Shown here in pieces: positions 12,015 through 25,794 of a stretch of 64,000 nt of DNA. Numbering within the stretch: position 1 is the stretch's first letter; each line of letters opens with the position of its first letter. The notes beneath the pieces were generated by a model. The model was given only the letters and a program-made list of their open reading frames with translations. It made no database searches and had not been told where the DNA came from. The stretch is from Camelus dromedarius (Eukaryota): positions 118,360,001-118,424,000 of the forward strand of contig NC_087436.1 of the NCBI RefSeq assembly GCF_036321535.1, given 5' to 3'. The position numbers and the translations under genes are program-made.

Positions 12015-14158
12015 CTGAAGGTGAGAAGGGAGTGTGCTTATATTTTCAAAAAGAATAGAATCTCCAAGCAATGTGTAATCCTAAAAAGCCCTAGGGGACT
12101 TCTCTCTTCTCGGTGACAGGAGAAACCCTAACCCTGACCTTTCACTGTTCGTTCCCTCACTCACTCCATGAACACTGATCTAGCAGCCTAGTCAAGACAC
12201 GATCTCTGCCCGCAAGGGGTCCCCAGTCCAGGGGTTCCCGACAGGTACCAGGTGACATCAGTCAGATAGAGGAAGGCTCCCTAGATGTGAGGACACTTGA
12301 ACTGAGTCCCGGCGTCCCAGCGGAGGGAGGGCAGGCAGCCTACGTGAAGGAATGGGCTTTACGCGCTGGCTTGTGTATGGCCCAGCTCTCCCACTGGAGG
12401 GGACGCTCCGCGCGGCAGGACTGTCCCTCACTCTCCCACATACACTAGCGCCCAGGACAGTGGCATATAAGGAGCTCAGCAAGTGTTTTACAAATATAAG
12501 AATAAGAAAGTTGAGAAGCACAGTAGAAGCTTGGAAGGTGGGCAAGGCAGGGAGCCCTAATGCCACGTGATGGAGTGTGATTCTAGAATGAAGAAGGGAC
12601 ATCCTAGTGGAGAGGGAGGGGGGAGATGTTCACAGGATTGGACTCAAGTCAGTAAGACAGAGTGGGACTGAGAGTCCTGTCTGTGCCCAGCTCTGGCCAA
12701 GTTCATACTCTGCCTTGCCTGGTGGTAGACAGGCTGGGCCAGGCTCTCTGTCCCAGGAGTCCAGCTCCTGGGCAAAGGAGGCTGGTCCTCTGAAGGGCAC
12801 ACCCAGAGAGGAAGGCCCTCATCCTGTCCCGGTCCTGCCTGTCCAGGGACCCAGCGTCCAGCTTTTCCTGGATTCTGACGGGCCCCTCACTCACCCTTTC
12901 TTGCTTAGTCAGTCGTTTCTGCTGCTTGAAACCCAAGACCCTGGACTGATGGTGTGACCAGGCACCAGGCACTTGGGACACTAGAGTAGTGACAGCCGTG
13001 CCCTCAGTTACTATGGCGAGTGGCCTGGGACCCAGAAGTCATCCAGCCCACTTGGCCATGCGGTCGGGCAAAGAAAGGGAGTGTCATGCTCATGGTGACA
13101 AGCCACCTGGGTGCTCCTGCTCTGTCCCCCAGCAGCCTGCCCATCCCGGCTCACCAGCCTCCCAAACTAAACTGAACAAAGGGGAACTCCATAAACAAGG
13201 TCCCCATGAGTGGCTCTCGGGCACAGGTGGCTTCCCTGTGACCACACATGTTCCAGCTCCAGGGTCAACTCCAATACCTGCCCTCAGCATGTTCTTCCCT
13301 GACTGTGCACTGGGAGAGACCAGGCTGAGACTTGTAACTCTGACTTGCCCACAAAAGCCCTGGCCACACCCACACCCAGCGCCAACCACACCCACCCTGA
13401 CCACGCCCTGCTGCCCCTGACCACGCCCACACCTGCCCTGACCACGCCCTCACCCAGCTCTCTCACACCTGCACCAGCCCGGACCACTCTCAGCCCTCAG
13501 CAGTGCTTCTGACCTTTCTGAGTCAGGGACCCCTATGGGTCAGGAAAAATAACGTACATATACACTTATCGATGCAATCACGCAGTTTCAACAGACTCCT
13601 GGGCTCCGAGACGCCCATCCCCAGCCTCCCCTGGATCCTGGCTGAGGCGCCGGCTTCACTGCCCGGCCTTCTGCACTTTCAGGTCTGGTCGTGGCTGTCC
13701 TGGTAACCCTCCCGCTGCCAAAATCTGTTCTCAAGTGGTACCGCTGGCTGCCCCAAACCCACCTTGTCCACAGCCCCACTTCCTGCCTTTCTTTGCAAAG
13801 AGGCTTTACTGCCCAAATTCACACCTGGAACTTGACCCTAAGGAAAGCATCTCTCCAGCATTACCCGTAATTGAGGAAAAATGAACCCAACTAAATGTCC
13901 AGTAACAGGGTAGCAGGTACATACACTATCCTACACACCTAGTGGAATAACAGGCAGCCATTAAAAATAGTATCTATGCAGATGTTTCAAAAGTATGAAT
14001 TTTAAATTGTTAATAAAAACAGCTGAAATATAGTCTAGATAGTGTGATAATGAGAAAGACGTTTACACATGAAAAAGAGTTGAAAGGTAACATGCAAACT
14101 TGCTTCTGCTGTGAGGTTCTGAAAAGCAGGCTGTCAGGTTGTATGTACTGGGACTCCT

Positions 14159-14180
14159 ACACACACACACACACACACAC
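14159..14180. repeat. (AC)11 microsatellite
   Basis: Direct count. Confidence 0.9.
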
Positions 14181-14596
14181 GCACGCAGCACACACTCAGC
14201 AGACACATTCTGGAGGAAGAATTGTAACAAAATGCTAACAGCCGTTTTCTCCAGCTGATAGAACCATGGCTGTTTCTCTGTCTTCTTTTTCCTTTATGTA
14301 CTTGTTGTGCGCATATGGCATATTTACAGCTCAGGGACACTTATTTTCTTAAAAGTCCACTGGAGGAATCAATTGGTGATGAAAAGAGAAGCTGTGGGCA
14401 AAATACTTGGGCTACTGCGACTTAAAGCGGATTCATGGCGACTTGGATGCTGTCTGCGCCATCTCTTGGATGCTGTAACGAAGTTCCCCTGGGAAGGCGT
14501 GTGCTTGTGCCCTCGGGGTCCTGCTCCCTCCCCCATCCGTTCTCCTTATGGGACCTCACTCACTGTTTTCCAGAGGCAGCCCGACCCTGCACTCAC

Positions 14597-14793
14597 CGCC
14601 TCCTGCCCAGGTCGGTCTGCACCCCGCCGCCATCATTCTCCACCACGTGGTCCTGATGCTTCTGGCCGATGGAGTCCAGCACGGCCAGCAGCTCAGGCTG
14701 GGAGGCTGCGGGCAGAGCCACGCTCAGGAGCCGGCGCAGCGTGCCCCCCGGCACCATCGTCAGCTTCGACAGGTAGGAGGCCAGTCTCAGCTC
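14597..14793 (-). CDS. EVC2: EVC2 coding exon (exon 20 equivalent), 197 nt, phase 0-2; not in ORF track
   Basis: CCCCTCTAG|GAG...AGGCG|GTGAGT; hand-translated ELRLASYLSKLTMVPGGTLRRLLSVALPAASQPELLAVLDSIGQKHQDHVVENDGGGVQTDLGRR(R). Confidence 0.95.
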
Positions 14794-15229
14794 CTAGAGG
14801 GGTTAACACAGGGAGCTCAGAGCCTCACCGCTCTAACCTTGATGGACAACAAGTTTTCGGGGATTAAGGTCTTAGGACTTTTTGTCCCAGGGAGATAAAT
14901 ATTTTAGTGGCTCAGTCTTGAAAACATGCTCCCAAATTCACAGAGCTGTCAAAAAAACCCTAGTTGGTCAGCAGCCTCGGTTCCCATGGTGATCTCAAAG
15001 CCTTCACCCATCCCTTCCGACTCACTCGTCACAGCTAAAGCCCTGGCCTGCAGCAGGGCCGATTAGTAATTTTCCCTCCTCCTACTCATGTTCCGTGAGG
15101 CGATGGGGCTCAGGGGACACAGCACAGGCTCTGGAAACAACTGAAATGTCCCTAAACCCGTGGACAGTTAAAGAAATGGGACACCTGTCTGTGATGAAAA
15201 GAAAGAACTGGAGGATCCTTAGGGCATCA

Positions 15230-15610
15230 CACTGCACAAAAAAAGCCAGCGTCCACAGCCACACCCTGTAGGATTCCATGTGAATAACATTCCAGAGCTG
15301 ACAACATTGGGGAGGGTGGTAATGGAGTCGGGGAGTGGATACAACCAGCAAGGGGGAGCAAAGCAGATCTCTGTGGCGACTGAATAGTTCTGTATCTTAA
15401 CTGTGGTGTCGGTTACATGAAACGACATGTGATAAAATGACACTGAACTGTACATACATTTTACATCACTGTCAGCTTCCTGGTTTGGATATTGTACAAG
15501 AGTTCTGTAAGATGCAACCTCTGGGGGAAACCATGAAACGGATCGGGGCACTGGAACTCTCGATGCTAGCTTTGCAACTTCGTGTGAATCTAAAAGTATT
15601 TTTTTTTTAA
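15230..15610 (+). mobile_element. L1MC-like 3' end fragment
   Basis: GTTCTGTATCTTAACTGTGGTG...TTTGCAACTTCGTGTGAATCTAAAAGTATT, typical of old L1 3'UTRs. Confidence 0.65.
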
Positions 15611-15679
15611 TGGTTAGAAAAAGAGAGTGCAGGCTCTCCACTCCCCCAAACCTGCGCTGGCTCCCAGCCCCGCTGCACA

Positions 15680-15845
15680 GAACTGTGTGTCTCTGGGTAG
15701 TGCCTTTATTTTCCTCTGTGCCTCAACTTCCTCATCTGTAAAATGGGGTAACAATAATACCTGCGTCAAAGGGTTTTTGAAGGACAAAATGAACTGGGGG
15801 GTGTAAAACTGTTCCACGCTAGGAAGATACAACACAGAAAGCACT
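15680..15845 (+). mobile_element. MIR SINE
   Basis: CTCTGTGCCTCAACTTCCTCATCTGTAAAATGGGGTAACAATA. Confidence 0.75.
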
Positions 15846-16194
15846 TTTACAGCAAAGCCAGGAGAGCTGGATGCTGAAGGGCCATCAGCTCAAGGCTGCC
15901 AGTTACCACGTCCCTTCCTGTGGGGAAGCAGCTTACTAGTGGACACAAAGCAACGGGAGAGAGACGGAGAAGCAGAGACCCACCAAGTGTCCTCTGTCAC
16001 TTGGGCCCCTAGAGCTCAGCCCTGCTCTTTTGGAGAACAATCAGGGCATCGATCCATTCCCTTTATGCTCAGACTCATTTGAAATGAATTTCTGTTACTT
16101 TCACCTAAAAAGAATTCTGACTTTACAAGACACCGAGGCGCCGCGCTCAACAAATCGTGGCCACTCAGCGAGTGCTGGTTGTTGCTTTTGTTAT

Positions 16195-16685
16195 GGTATT
16201 TCTATGAGCCTCCTGCTGCGGCTGTAACACATCACCACAAACACGCAGTGGCTTCAGACAACACACGTTTGTTCTGCAGCTGTGGAGGCCGGAAGACTGA
16301 AATCAGTGGCACTGGGCTAGAGTCCAGGGGTCAGCCACGCTGGCTCCTTCTGGGGGCTCCGGGGAGAATCCGTTTCCTGGGCACCTCCAGCCTCTCACTG
16401 CCACCTGCGTTCTTTGGCTTATGGCCCCTCCCTGTCTTCAAAGTGCTTCCTCCAGTCCCTGCATCTGCCATTGCCACGTGGCCTTCTCTTCAGACTGTGA
16501 CTCCTCCTGCTCCCTTCTTTAAGGCTGCTTGCGGCTACACTGAGGGCCCACGGCAGTCGTCTAGGCTAATACCCCATCTTAAAATCCACGATCACATCTG
16601 CAAAGTCCCTTTTGCCATAAAAGGTCCTATTCGTAGGCTCCCGGAATTAGGATGCAGACTTGTTTGGTGGGCCATTATGCCAAAT
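16195..16685 (-). mobile_element. MaLR MLT1-family LTR (sense to EVC2)
   Basis: GCTGTAACACATCACCACAAAC...GGAGGCCGGAAGACTGAAATCA...CACATCTGCAAAGTCCCTTTTGCCATA, the reverse of the MLT1 consensus. Confidence 0.75.
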
Positions 16686-16694
16686 GATGAGGAC

Positions 16695-17950
16695 ACATTC
16701 ATTTATTCACTCAATTAACACTATGATGGAGTCCTACTGGGGGCCAGACCCTGTTCCAGGCACTGGAGACAGAGCAGTAAGTGACACAAAGTCCCTGCCT
16801 TCACAAGGCTCACAGGTGAGACAGATGGTAAACCTACAGGTAGGCTCTATCAGGTAGCGGTACGTGGGTGTCAGGATGGGAACAAGGCAAGAGAAAGAGC
16901 CAGAGGGTGATGGGTGGAGGTGGCTGATGTCTGAGATGGGTAGCCAGGGAAGGCTCCTCTGAGAGGTGTCGTCTAAGCAGGGACTTGGATGAAGTGAGGA
17001 GCCACACGCCCATGGAAGAGAAGAACCTTCCAGGCAGAGGAGGCAAGAGCAAAGACTTGAGGCGAGGATGACTCGGCACGTCTGATGGAGAGCAAAGGAG
17101 GCCTGTGTGGCCGGCGTGAGAAGGAGAGTGACAGGGGATAAGGTGGGACGGGTGGCTTGGGGTCAGATTATACAGGACCTTTTCACTAAGCGAGATTTTG
17201 GCTTGTCTTCACGATGAGATGGGAAATCACTGCAGGATTTTAAGCAGCAGGAATGCCATGAGCTGATTTTCATTTTTAAAAGACTACTCTGATGACACAG
17301 GGACAGGGGACCATCTGCAAAAAGAGAGGCAGCAGGACGGAGGCATTTCGGGCAAGAGATGCTGGCAGCCTGAGCCAGAATGACGGAGGGAGTGGTGGGA
17401 AGTGACGGGAGGGGGACACTAAGACGGCAGAGCCAGCAAGCTTCACTGAAAGACGAGAATAGAGGATGACGCCACCACCTCTCACGTGGGCTGCTGGGTG
17501 AACAGAGGTGCCATTTGGTGAGATGGGTGGCGCACGTTTGGGGGAGAGAACCCTCAGTCACTTGTAGCTCTGTTTGGACAGGTTATGTCACGTGTTTCAC
17601 AGGTGCCCTAGTGGAGATGTCGTCTCACGTGCAGGGCAGGCGTCTGGAGGCGGGGTTAGATGGTGACCGGTATGTTGATGGCGCCAGCAGGGGAGTGAAT
17701 GTAGCTGAGAGGAAAGGAGGTAAAGGACCAAGTCCTCAGGACCCCAGCATCTAAAGGCCATGACGCAGAGCAGCATCCAACGGGGGGCCTGGCCACAGGC
17801 AACCTGGGGCCGGGAGAGACCAGGTGTCTCTGGTATCAGAAGCCAAGGAACATACCCAAGAAGAGGGCGGCCGGCCAAGTGCCAGAGAGGTCAAGAAAGA
17901 AGAAGACAGAGACCTGACCCCTGGATTTGGAAGCATGGCGCTGCTTATGA
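16695..17950 (-). mobile_element. LINE-2 fragment(s)
   Basis: CATTCATTTATTCACTC tail, GGGAAGGCTCCTCTGAGAGGTG, TTCCAGGCAGAGG, GGGAAATCACTGCAGGATTTTAAGCAG. Confidence 0.75.
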
Positions 17951-18919
17951 GCTTGACCGATGTTTTTAGTGAAGTGTTGGGGAAAGGTGTATTATAAGTA
18001 CCAAACCTCCTTCCTTACCATCCACGCGCTTCCTTCTGCCTGGAACACCCTCCTCCCCACACTGCTCTCTGCCTGGCTCTCTTCAAACTCATTCTTCTAG
18101 TTTCTGCGTGAGTGTTGGCTTTTCTGGAAGCCTTTCCTGACCCCACATGCTAGGACAGTGCCTCTCCTCTGATCTCTCATTGGTTTTAATCAACTCAACT
18201 ACAACGGTACAATTTCTTATGTGTGTCTCCAGTGAGGTTTCAGGATGCAGTCAGTATCATATGCCTCTATCTCCAGCATTTGACCCAGTTTCTGGTACAG
18301 AGAAAGAGATCAACAGATGTGTGTCGAATAAATGATGGATAAACCTTGACTTCATAAACACCCTGCAGATTCCCTGAGGCAGAGGCTAACCCTGCATAGC
18401 TGGGGTTCCCCCCGGTGAATGTGGGGAGCCACAGGCTCATGGCCATGGCCTTCCCAGCCCGGAAGTTTACTGACCAATGATCCTCAGCCCATGTCACTGG
18501 GTCAAGTCTTCCCGAAGGCGGTGACACAGAAAGCATCTGTGTGGACCACGTTGCTTTAAAGATCCGGAGCCATTTCTAGAGACTGAAATGAATCACAGAG
18601 GAACACGGGAACCAGATGTCCACGCAGAGGAGGGTGGCAGGAAGATCACACTTGCCAGCAGGCCCTGCCTGTCCCTCTTTCCTGCTCTGCTTCACCACCA
18701 TGGGACTCGGCAAAGATTATCATCGTCTGAGTGTATCTTGGCATATTTCATCCTTGTCTTTATTTTTAAGAAATACTACTTATTTTAAGGAATCCAAACA
18801 ATGCAGAAAAGCACAAAGATTAATGTTAAAGTAATTATTCCAAGTGCCATTATCCAGAAATAATTATCAGTAAAATTAGGCACACTACATTCCAGGACTC
18901 TTTCTAGGCATATATGTAA

Positions 18920-19000
18920 ATAGATGGATGGATGAATGGACAGATAGATGGTAGGTGGATGGATGGACAGATAGACAGACAGATGGACTGATGGACGGAG
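18920..19000. repeat. Degenerate (GATG/GATA/GACA)n tetranucleotide repeat
   Basis: TAGATGGATGGATGAATGGACAGATAGATGG... Confidence 0.8.
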
Positions 19001-20140
19001 GGGCATAACTATAAAAATGAGATCATAATCCCCATAAAACACTGCTCAGTCTATGTATCTGTGTTGTTGACTGCCTGCCCTTCCCACTAGCATGTCAGCT
19101 CCCGAGGGCGGGGACTGCATCTTTTCTGTTTGCTGCTCAAGTCCCGGTGCCTAGGGTAGCCCTTGCCGCTTACTAGGAACAGAGTAAACATTTACGTAAG
19201 AACAAAGCTTCTTCAGAGGATGTCGGAGTCTTTGTAGTTAAGCTGACTCCAAGTCACACCTTATGTGGTTAAAAAAGAATTCCACTCTATTGTCTACAAG
19301 TGGCCACAGTCATGCTGGAGCCTTGAGGGAATAAAGGAGATGAGTTCAGGGAGGAGCACAGAGGGGGTCCAGCCTCTCCCTAACTCAGCACAGGGAAGCT
19401 TCTCGTTTGCTGAGTTAGTACCACTCATTTTTAAATGAGCACCCTGCCCATTTTATTCATGAAGCAATTAGGAAATACTTTGCTTCAAAGGGAATTGTGC
19501 AGTAGCCTGAAGTGGAGTGAAGCAGAGCATTTAAAGGAAGAAAAGTTGATTTAAAATCAGCTCCACCACTGACTGGGACCTTGGTTAAGTCACATCACCT
19601 CTCTGACCCTCAGTTTCTTCATCTGTCAAGTCATGGTCCCCTCCATGTCTTTTGTCATCAGTGGGCTAATATCAGCTGCCGCTGGGACCATCACCATCAC
19701 AGAAAGGCTGATGGATGTACAGCAGTGCCTGGGGGAGGCGCTCCCCACCGCCAGGGTCCCCAGAGCAACAGTGAGCATTAACCAGGATGATGTGTGATGT
19801 ATCTAGCACAGAGCAGGCTTTCAGAGTGTTATCTTGATATCGTCATAAATATGCAAAAAAAGGAGCTGGCAAAGTTGCATAAATATGAAGACATGGATGC
19901 TAATGTGGAAAGTATCTTTCATGCAAATTTTGTAATTCAAACTATGTTGTCCCTAAGGCACTGTAATCATCAAGAAATAAATCAGGAGACAGAGAAGGAG
20001 AGAGAGAGAAGAAGGTGGAGGAGGAATGAGAAAGATTAGGAGGAGCAGGAAGAGAGGGAGGGAGGACTGGGCTTCCCTGGTTATTCTTTTGCCTGATACA
20101 AAAAAGAAACAGGCAAAATACAGGACTAATCCACATAGAG

Positions 20141-20588
20141 GGTGATGGTTAATTTTATATGTCAACTTGTCTGGGTCACTGAGCCAAGACAGTTGGACAG
20201 ACATTCTGGATATTTCAGTGAAGGAGCTCTTGGATGAGATTAACATTTGAATTAGTGGGCTTAAAGCAGATTGCCCGCCACATTGTGGGTGGGCCTCATC
20301 TAATCAGGTGAAGGCCTGTATAGAACAAAGACTGACCTCTGAGCCAGAGGGAATTCTGCCAGTAGCGGGGCTTTGGACTCAAACTGCAACACTGGCTCTT
20401 CCCTAGGTCTCCAGCCTGCTGGTCTACCCTGCCAGCCTCTTGGACTTGCCAGTCTCCATAATCACATGAGCTAATTCCTTAAAATAAACCTCTCTCTCTC
20501 TCTCTCTCACCCCCTCCCCCTTCTCTTTCTCCAACCCCCCACCCAAGTCCTTGTGGTTCTGCTTCTCTAGAAAACCCTCAGTAATACA
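20141..20588 (+). mobile_element. ERVL MLT2-family LTR
   Basis: TGATGGTTAATTTTATATGTCAACTTG start, GATGAGATTAACATTTGAAT, internal (CT)n, end GGTTCTGCTTCTCTAGAAAACCCTCAGTAATACA. Confidence 0.85.
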
Positions 20589-21491
20589 CAGGGCCTGGAA
20601 AGAAAGAAATACATTTGACTAGACTTTGCTGGGGGGACTATAAAAGGCACAGGGCGGTGAGAAGAGTCGCCACCCCCTGACTGGCCCCTGCGGTCCAGGG
20701 CTTCCACGCCAGCAGCATCTAATCTTTATAGGACCAATTCTTCAGCAGAGTTCACGGTTTAAAAGAGCCAACAAACTAGAAATGAACCTGGATGAAATTC
20801 CACGTGTGACACTTTGACCATCTGTCAAGTCTCTTAGTAATGAAGAAGAAAGAGAGGGGTAACCGAAGTGAGGGTGGGAGGTGGCTCAGTTCGCACAGAG
20901 CCCCAGGCCAGGGGCCTTATCTGCTCGGCGGGGAAACCGAGCAGGAAGAGTACACCCTGTGTAGTCACCAACTCCAGGCTGAATCCTGAGCTCCAAGGGT
21001 CGGAGATGAGCCCTGGTGCCCTCACGCCTTGGTTTCTCTGTTCCTAAAATGGAAAAGATAGTCCCCAGGTCCCAGCTTTCTGCAAGGAGTAAGTGAATAA
21101 CAGACACAAGGGCTGGGACGACACTCAGAGCACAGCAGGTGTTCCGAAAACTTCAGCTCCCTCCCCCATCCCGTTTTGAGCTCAGGTAATTCTGTAGCAG
21201 ATGTGGGGGAGGAAGAACGTGGCTCCAATCCTAGCTCCACCTGGCCCCTCAGTGTGAACTGCAGCAGTAATTTCCCCTCTGCGTGACCTGCTTGTGAGGA
21301 GGTTATGGGAGAACCTGCCAGATGGTGAGATGAGGGGCAAGTACTCTCCTGGGTCCCGTCCTGGGTAGGCGCTCCCTCGCTGCCAGTATCTAGAAAGCCC
21401 AGATCAGCTCTCATGTCAAAGAGGAAAGAGCCACATTAGGTTCACCAGTGACCTGCACACTTCTGGCATTGATCTTGGCTTCCTGTTTGGT

Positions 21492-22071
21492 GTGATTGGC
21501 AGAATAAGGGTCTCCAAGATGTCCATGCCCAGGACCTGTGAATACGTTGTCTTCCACGGCAAAGGGACTTTCTGTAGAGGTGATTGAGTGTAAGGATCTT
21601 GAGCCGAGATTACCCTAGATTATCTAAGTGTGTCCAACCTCATCATCACTTGAGTCCTCAAGAGCAGGGAACGTTTCCCAGTGTGGTAGGTCAGAGAGAG
21701 ATGTGATGACAATGGAAGAAGCATCAGAGAGATGCAATTTGTTGGCTTTGAAGATGAAGAAAGGGAGCCATGAGCCAAGAAATGCAAGCACCTCTAGAAG
21801 CTGGGAACAGCTCTCAGCTGACAGCCAGCAAGGAGATGGGGACCTTAGTCCTACAACCACAATGAACCAAATTCTGCCAATTACTTGAATGAGCAGGAAA
21901 CAGATTCTCCGCAGAGCCTTAGAAGGAGTGCGACCCTGCCAGCACTTGGGTTTTAGTCTGGCAAAATCCACGTAACACTTCTGACCTACGGAGCCGTACG
22001 ATAATATATTTGTGTTCGGGTGGTAATTTATTACAGCAGCTTCTGCTGATACTTCTGCTAGAAGTTAATAC
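21492..22071 (+). mobile_element. MaLR MLT1-family LTR
   Basis: GGCAGAATAAGG...ACCTGTGAATACGTTG...GGCAAAGGGACTTT...TGGTAATTTATTACAGCAGC...TAATACA. Confidence 0.8.
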
Positions 22072-23048
22072 AAGTGGCAAGCTGTGTGTGCCTGTGGACA
22101 GCCTGGCCGATTCTGCTTGGCTGGACACCTGAAGGCGCCCCCATCCCTGCTCCCTGCTGGCCCTCTTTTTGGAGACTGAGGAGGACGTGTTGGTCTTGCA
22201 GGCCCTGACCAGTGGCAGGGGGTCCACGGGCCAGGGCTCCTCAGGACACGAGAAAAATTTACTTCAGGGACTTCAGGGCATGTACTTCCTTGGAAAGGAA
22301 AGACAGCAGGGTTACTGTCTACTTATACCTTCTTGACCTGAACACAGACACGGTGGCTGGAACTCTAAGAAGGAAAGCTGGGAAGAATCACAGTGTGACG
22401 ATGATGTCATTGAACTGAAGCAAGGTCAGTGACATCCACCTTCAGACGGCTTGTGATTAGCATAAGCCACTGTCACAAATCACGTTTGCTGGGATTCACA
22501 GAGACCAGGAAGCCCACCTTAGGATGCACAGAAAACACAGCTAGTAGCAGACGTAGGTAAGTAGTCCTGCATGTGGCTCTGTGAGCACAGCCTTGGGGCT
22601 CGGCCTCGGGAAGGGAGGCGAGAGCTGCTGCAGCTCTGGCCAAGAATGAGCCAGAACCTCCGGGCTCAACACAGAAAAGTTGAAAGGTGGGTGCAATCTC
22701 ATAGGCCCCTTTACATGGCCCAGATTTCAGTGACCAACTTTGTTCCTGGGGGATCCTTCTCTGTATTAAACTTACTTAAGACTGGGAAGAAGGTTTGGGT
22801 GCCTGTCCATCACAGAAAAGAAACTGACCAGGGCAATAATCATCGTGGTCACTGCAGCTGCCGTGACCCCTGATCGAATGTCCTCTACGTGCTGGCCCCG
22901 GGCCGGGGTTTTCACCCATCTGCTTGGCAGCTCCCAAGATTCGTGTTTTCATCCCCGTCCGGCAGGTGAGGAAATGTGGACTCTGAGAAAAAGGTAAAGT
23001 GACGTGCTGGCAAGGGGTGGAGCCAGGGCGTGGCTAACGTGGTCTCAC

Positions 23049-23136
23049 CTGGCCGTACAGGGTCACAAAGGTGTCGGCCTCCATATTCTCCAGCAGGTCT
23101 TCAAGCACAACACTGCTCTCTTGCTCCTCTCTCAAA
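23049..23136 (-). CDS. EVC2: EVC2 coding exon (exon 19 equivalent), 88 nt, phase 2-0; not in ORF track
   Basis: TTTTCACCCTAG|T...GGCCAG|GTGAGA; hand-translated LREEQESSVVLEDLLENMEADTFVTLYGQ. Confidence 0.94.
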
Positions 23137-23372
23137 CTAGGGTGAAAACAGAGTCTGTATGCGTCCAGTTTTGTTGTAAAGTGACCCGATGAGCAGATCA
23201 TCTAGCTACTTAAATAACAGAGGATCATAAATCTAATCTACAATATATATTTTTTAAATCCGTCAAACGTTATAGCCAGAAGAAGCTTGTACCTCTTCTT
23301 CCCCAGATTACTTTGCAAATAATGGATGAGGCAGGGCCCACAGGACGCAGTGCTCCTCGAAGTGAGGAGCTC

Positions 23373-23912
23373 TGTAGGAGCCGTGGGGAGACTTTCCTGT
23401 GGCTTTGCAGGGCAACCTGTGACCTGTGTGGCTGTTAGCATGACTGAGGCCATCTTGGGTGCTCACAGTTTCTCCTGCTCCTTTGCTGACCCGCCCAGGA
23501 TGGTGCTGTGAATCACTTCTCCGTTATCAAGGGCTTTGTAGTTAATAGATACTGTTTGATAATCATTCGGACCTGCTGGCCTCTGTGCTCTGTTAGTCCC
23601 CAGTGACGAATCCTTCCCTGAGTAGTCTTAGTGCCCCTGAGGCTGGTGACCCATTCACAAGTCTTGACTTAGGAATGTGCGTCCTGTTTCTAAGCACCTA
23701 CTCTAGGTTAACTATCAACCTGTCCCAGGGGCTCCTCAGCGGCGTTGGGGGCAGCTGTGAGTGCTTCCGGATTGCCATCTGCCTGACCCCACCCTGTAAG
23801 TTACCCTGTAATAAACAGAGCCATCGGTTACGTGGAGCTGCCCGCCTTGTTTTTTGGTCTCAAGATGCCTTCTCAGTCCGGTGGGCACTTTCGTCCCCTC
23901 TGCCCTCCAACA
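23373..23912 (+). mobile_element. Probable ERV solo LTR, family not identified
   Basis: TG...CA ends (..CCTCCAACA), GCCATCTTG near the 5' end, AATAAA ~100 nt before the end; no TSD found and 5' boundary uncertain. Confidence 0.5.
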
Positions 23913-24589
23913 GTGATCCTACTTTAAACTCTCCACTTTAGCTCCCATGCCTGTGCTCAAGAAGACCAAGATCCGGGGCTTTGTCCACCATGGGCCCTTG
24001 TTGAAGTGGGCCCAGAACCACCTCCCAGGGGTGGACCTGGCTCTGCACAGGGGCCGGTGACACCTTGTTACATGAGGTCTCCATCGGTTTCCCGACTCCC
24101 CCACAGGGGGTCTTCGGCCGATCACCTGGCCGATTAAAGTTGGCGTCCCGGGCTATCCATCCTGCATTCTCGCTGGTGAATACACTCCAAACCCTCTGCA
24201 GGTACATTTCATGTAAGTAGCTTGATCATCAGCAATTTCCTCCATGACGTATGGAATATACTAGGGTAGAAAATACCCTAAAATCCTCAATCGGGTCTAA
24301 ATAAAGTCAGCTTCTCTGAGCTCTGATCAAACAGATTCAGTCCTTTACACAATTATTTCAGTTAAACAGAACTGCACTTTGATGCTGTCTTTGCACAGAA
24401 AAGCATTACATTAAGTACGTTAAAATCACCTGTATTCTCACCTCCCAGAAATCACATCTATTACAGTTTAGCCTATATTCTTCCAATTAATTTGTGTGTG
24501 TTTTCAAAAATGGAATCATGCACCCTATCCTTTACACATCAATATTATATTCACAGTAGGAAACTATGAAGCTGTTAAAAATTAGGTTT

Positions 24590-25185
24590 TCCAAAAGATG
24601 TGTGACCCCCTACATCCATTGCAGCACTATTTACAATAGCTAAGATGTGGAAGCAATTAGGTGTCCATCCATAGATGAACGGATAAAGAAGACGTGGTGT
24701 AGGTGTAGATATAATGGGATATTATTCAGCTGTAAAAAAGAATGAAATCTTGACATTTGGGGCAACGTGGATAGACTTGGAGGGTATTATGCTCAGTGAA
24801 ATAAGTCAGGGACAAACAAATACTGCATGACTTGACTTATATATGGAATCTAAAAACCAAAACAAACAATCAAACAAAATAGAAACAGACTCATGGATAC
24901 AGAGAAGCAACTGGTGGTTGCCAGAGGAAACAAGGGGTGGAAGGATAGTTCATATGGGTGAAGAAGATTAAGAGATAGAAACTTCCAGCTCTAAAACAAA
25001 GAAGTTAGGGGGATGCAATGGACACACAGGGAACACAGTAATGTTGTGACAACTTTGTATGGTGATGGATGGTAACTGGTCTTACCTCAGTGATCACCTC
25101 ATGGTGTATAAAAATACTGAATCACTATGGTGTACACCTGAAGCTAATATAATCTTGTATGTTAATCATAACTCGAAAATAAAGA
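24590..25185 (+). mobile_element. LINE-1 3' fragment (L1MA-like)
   Basis: CATTGCAGCACTATTTACAATAGCTAAGATGTGGAAGCAA...ATTATGCTCAGTGAAATAAGTCAG...TGTACACCTGAAGCTAATATAAT. Confidence 0.85.
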
Positions 25186-25794
25186 GACTTAGGCTCTATA
25201 AAGGGGAAAATTTATGTTTTCAAGAGCTCTTAATGCCATGATGTAAAGGCTAATTATCTAATGTTAATTGAAAAAGGAGGCCAAAAACAAGAACAAAGAT
25301 TGAGGCTCTGTCTGTTTTATAATTTACAAAAGCAGGATATAAAATATTATGTTTATGGTGAGGCCTGAGTAAGTCCTGTATTCACTGCCTGGTCCCAGTG
25401 TTGATCCCCAGTCTGCCTCACGTGCTGCGACCATGTAAGATGGTGCCATTGGGGGAAGCTGGGTGACGGGCCCATGGAACCTCTGTGCTAAATTTCTTGT
25501 GCGTCTGTAATGATTTCAAAATAAGAAAGTTGAAAAATATAATCTTCTGTGAAACCTCAATGTTAAATATTAAAAAGGAATCAATATCAAATAGAGATTT
25601 AAAAAAATCAAGTATAGAAAGATGTCAGGGAAGAAGTATGCTATGAAGTTGGCAGCTCGTGCCCAGGTGCTGGGATGACAGCCAGATGGGAGCACGACAG
25701 CCCAGGTGGGCCTTGTCCCGCTGAGTCTGAGAGGCCAGGCGCCCCCAGGCCCGCAGGGACCGACACCACACGGTGCCATCGGGCCCTCGCTCAC

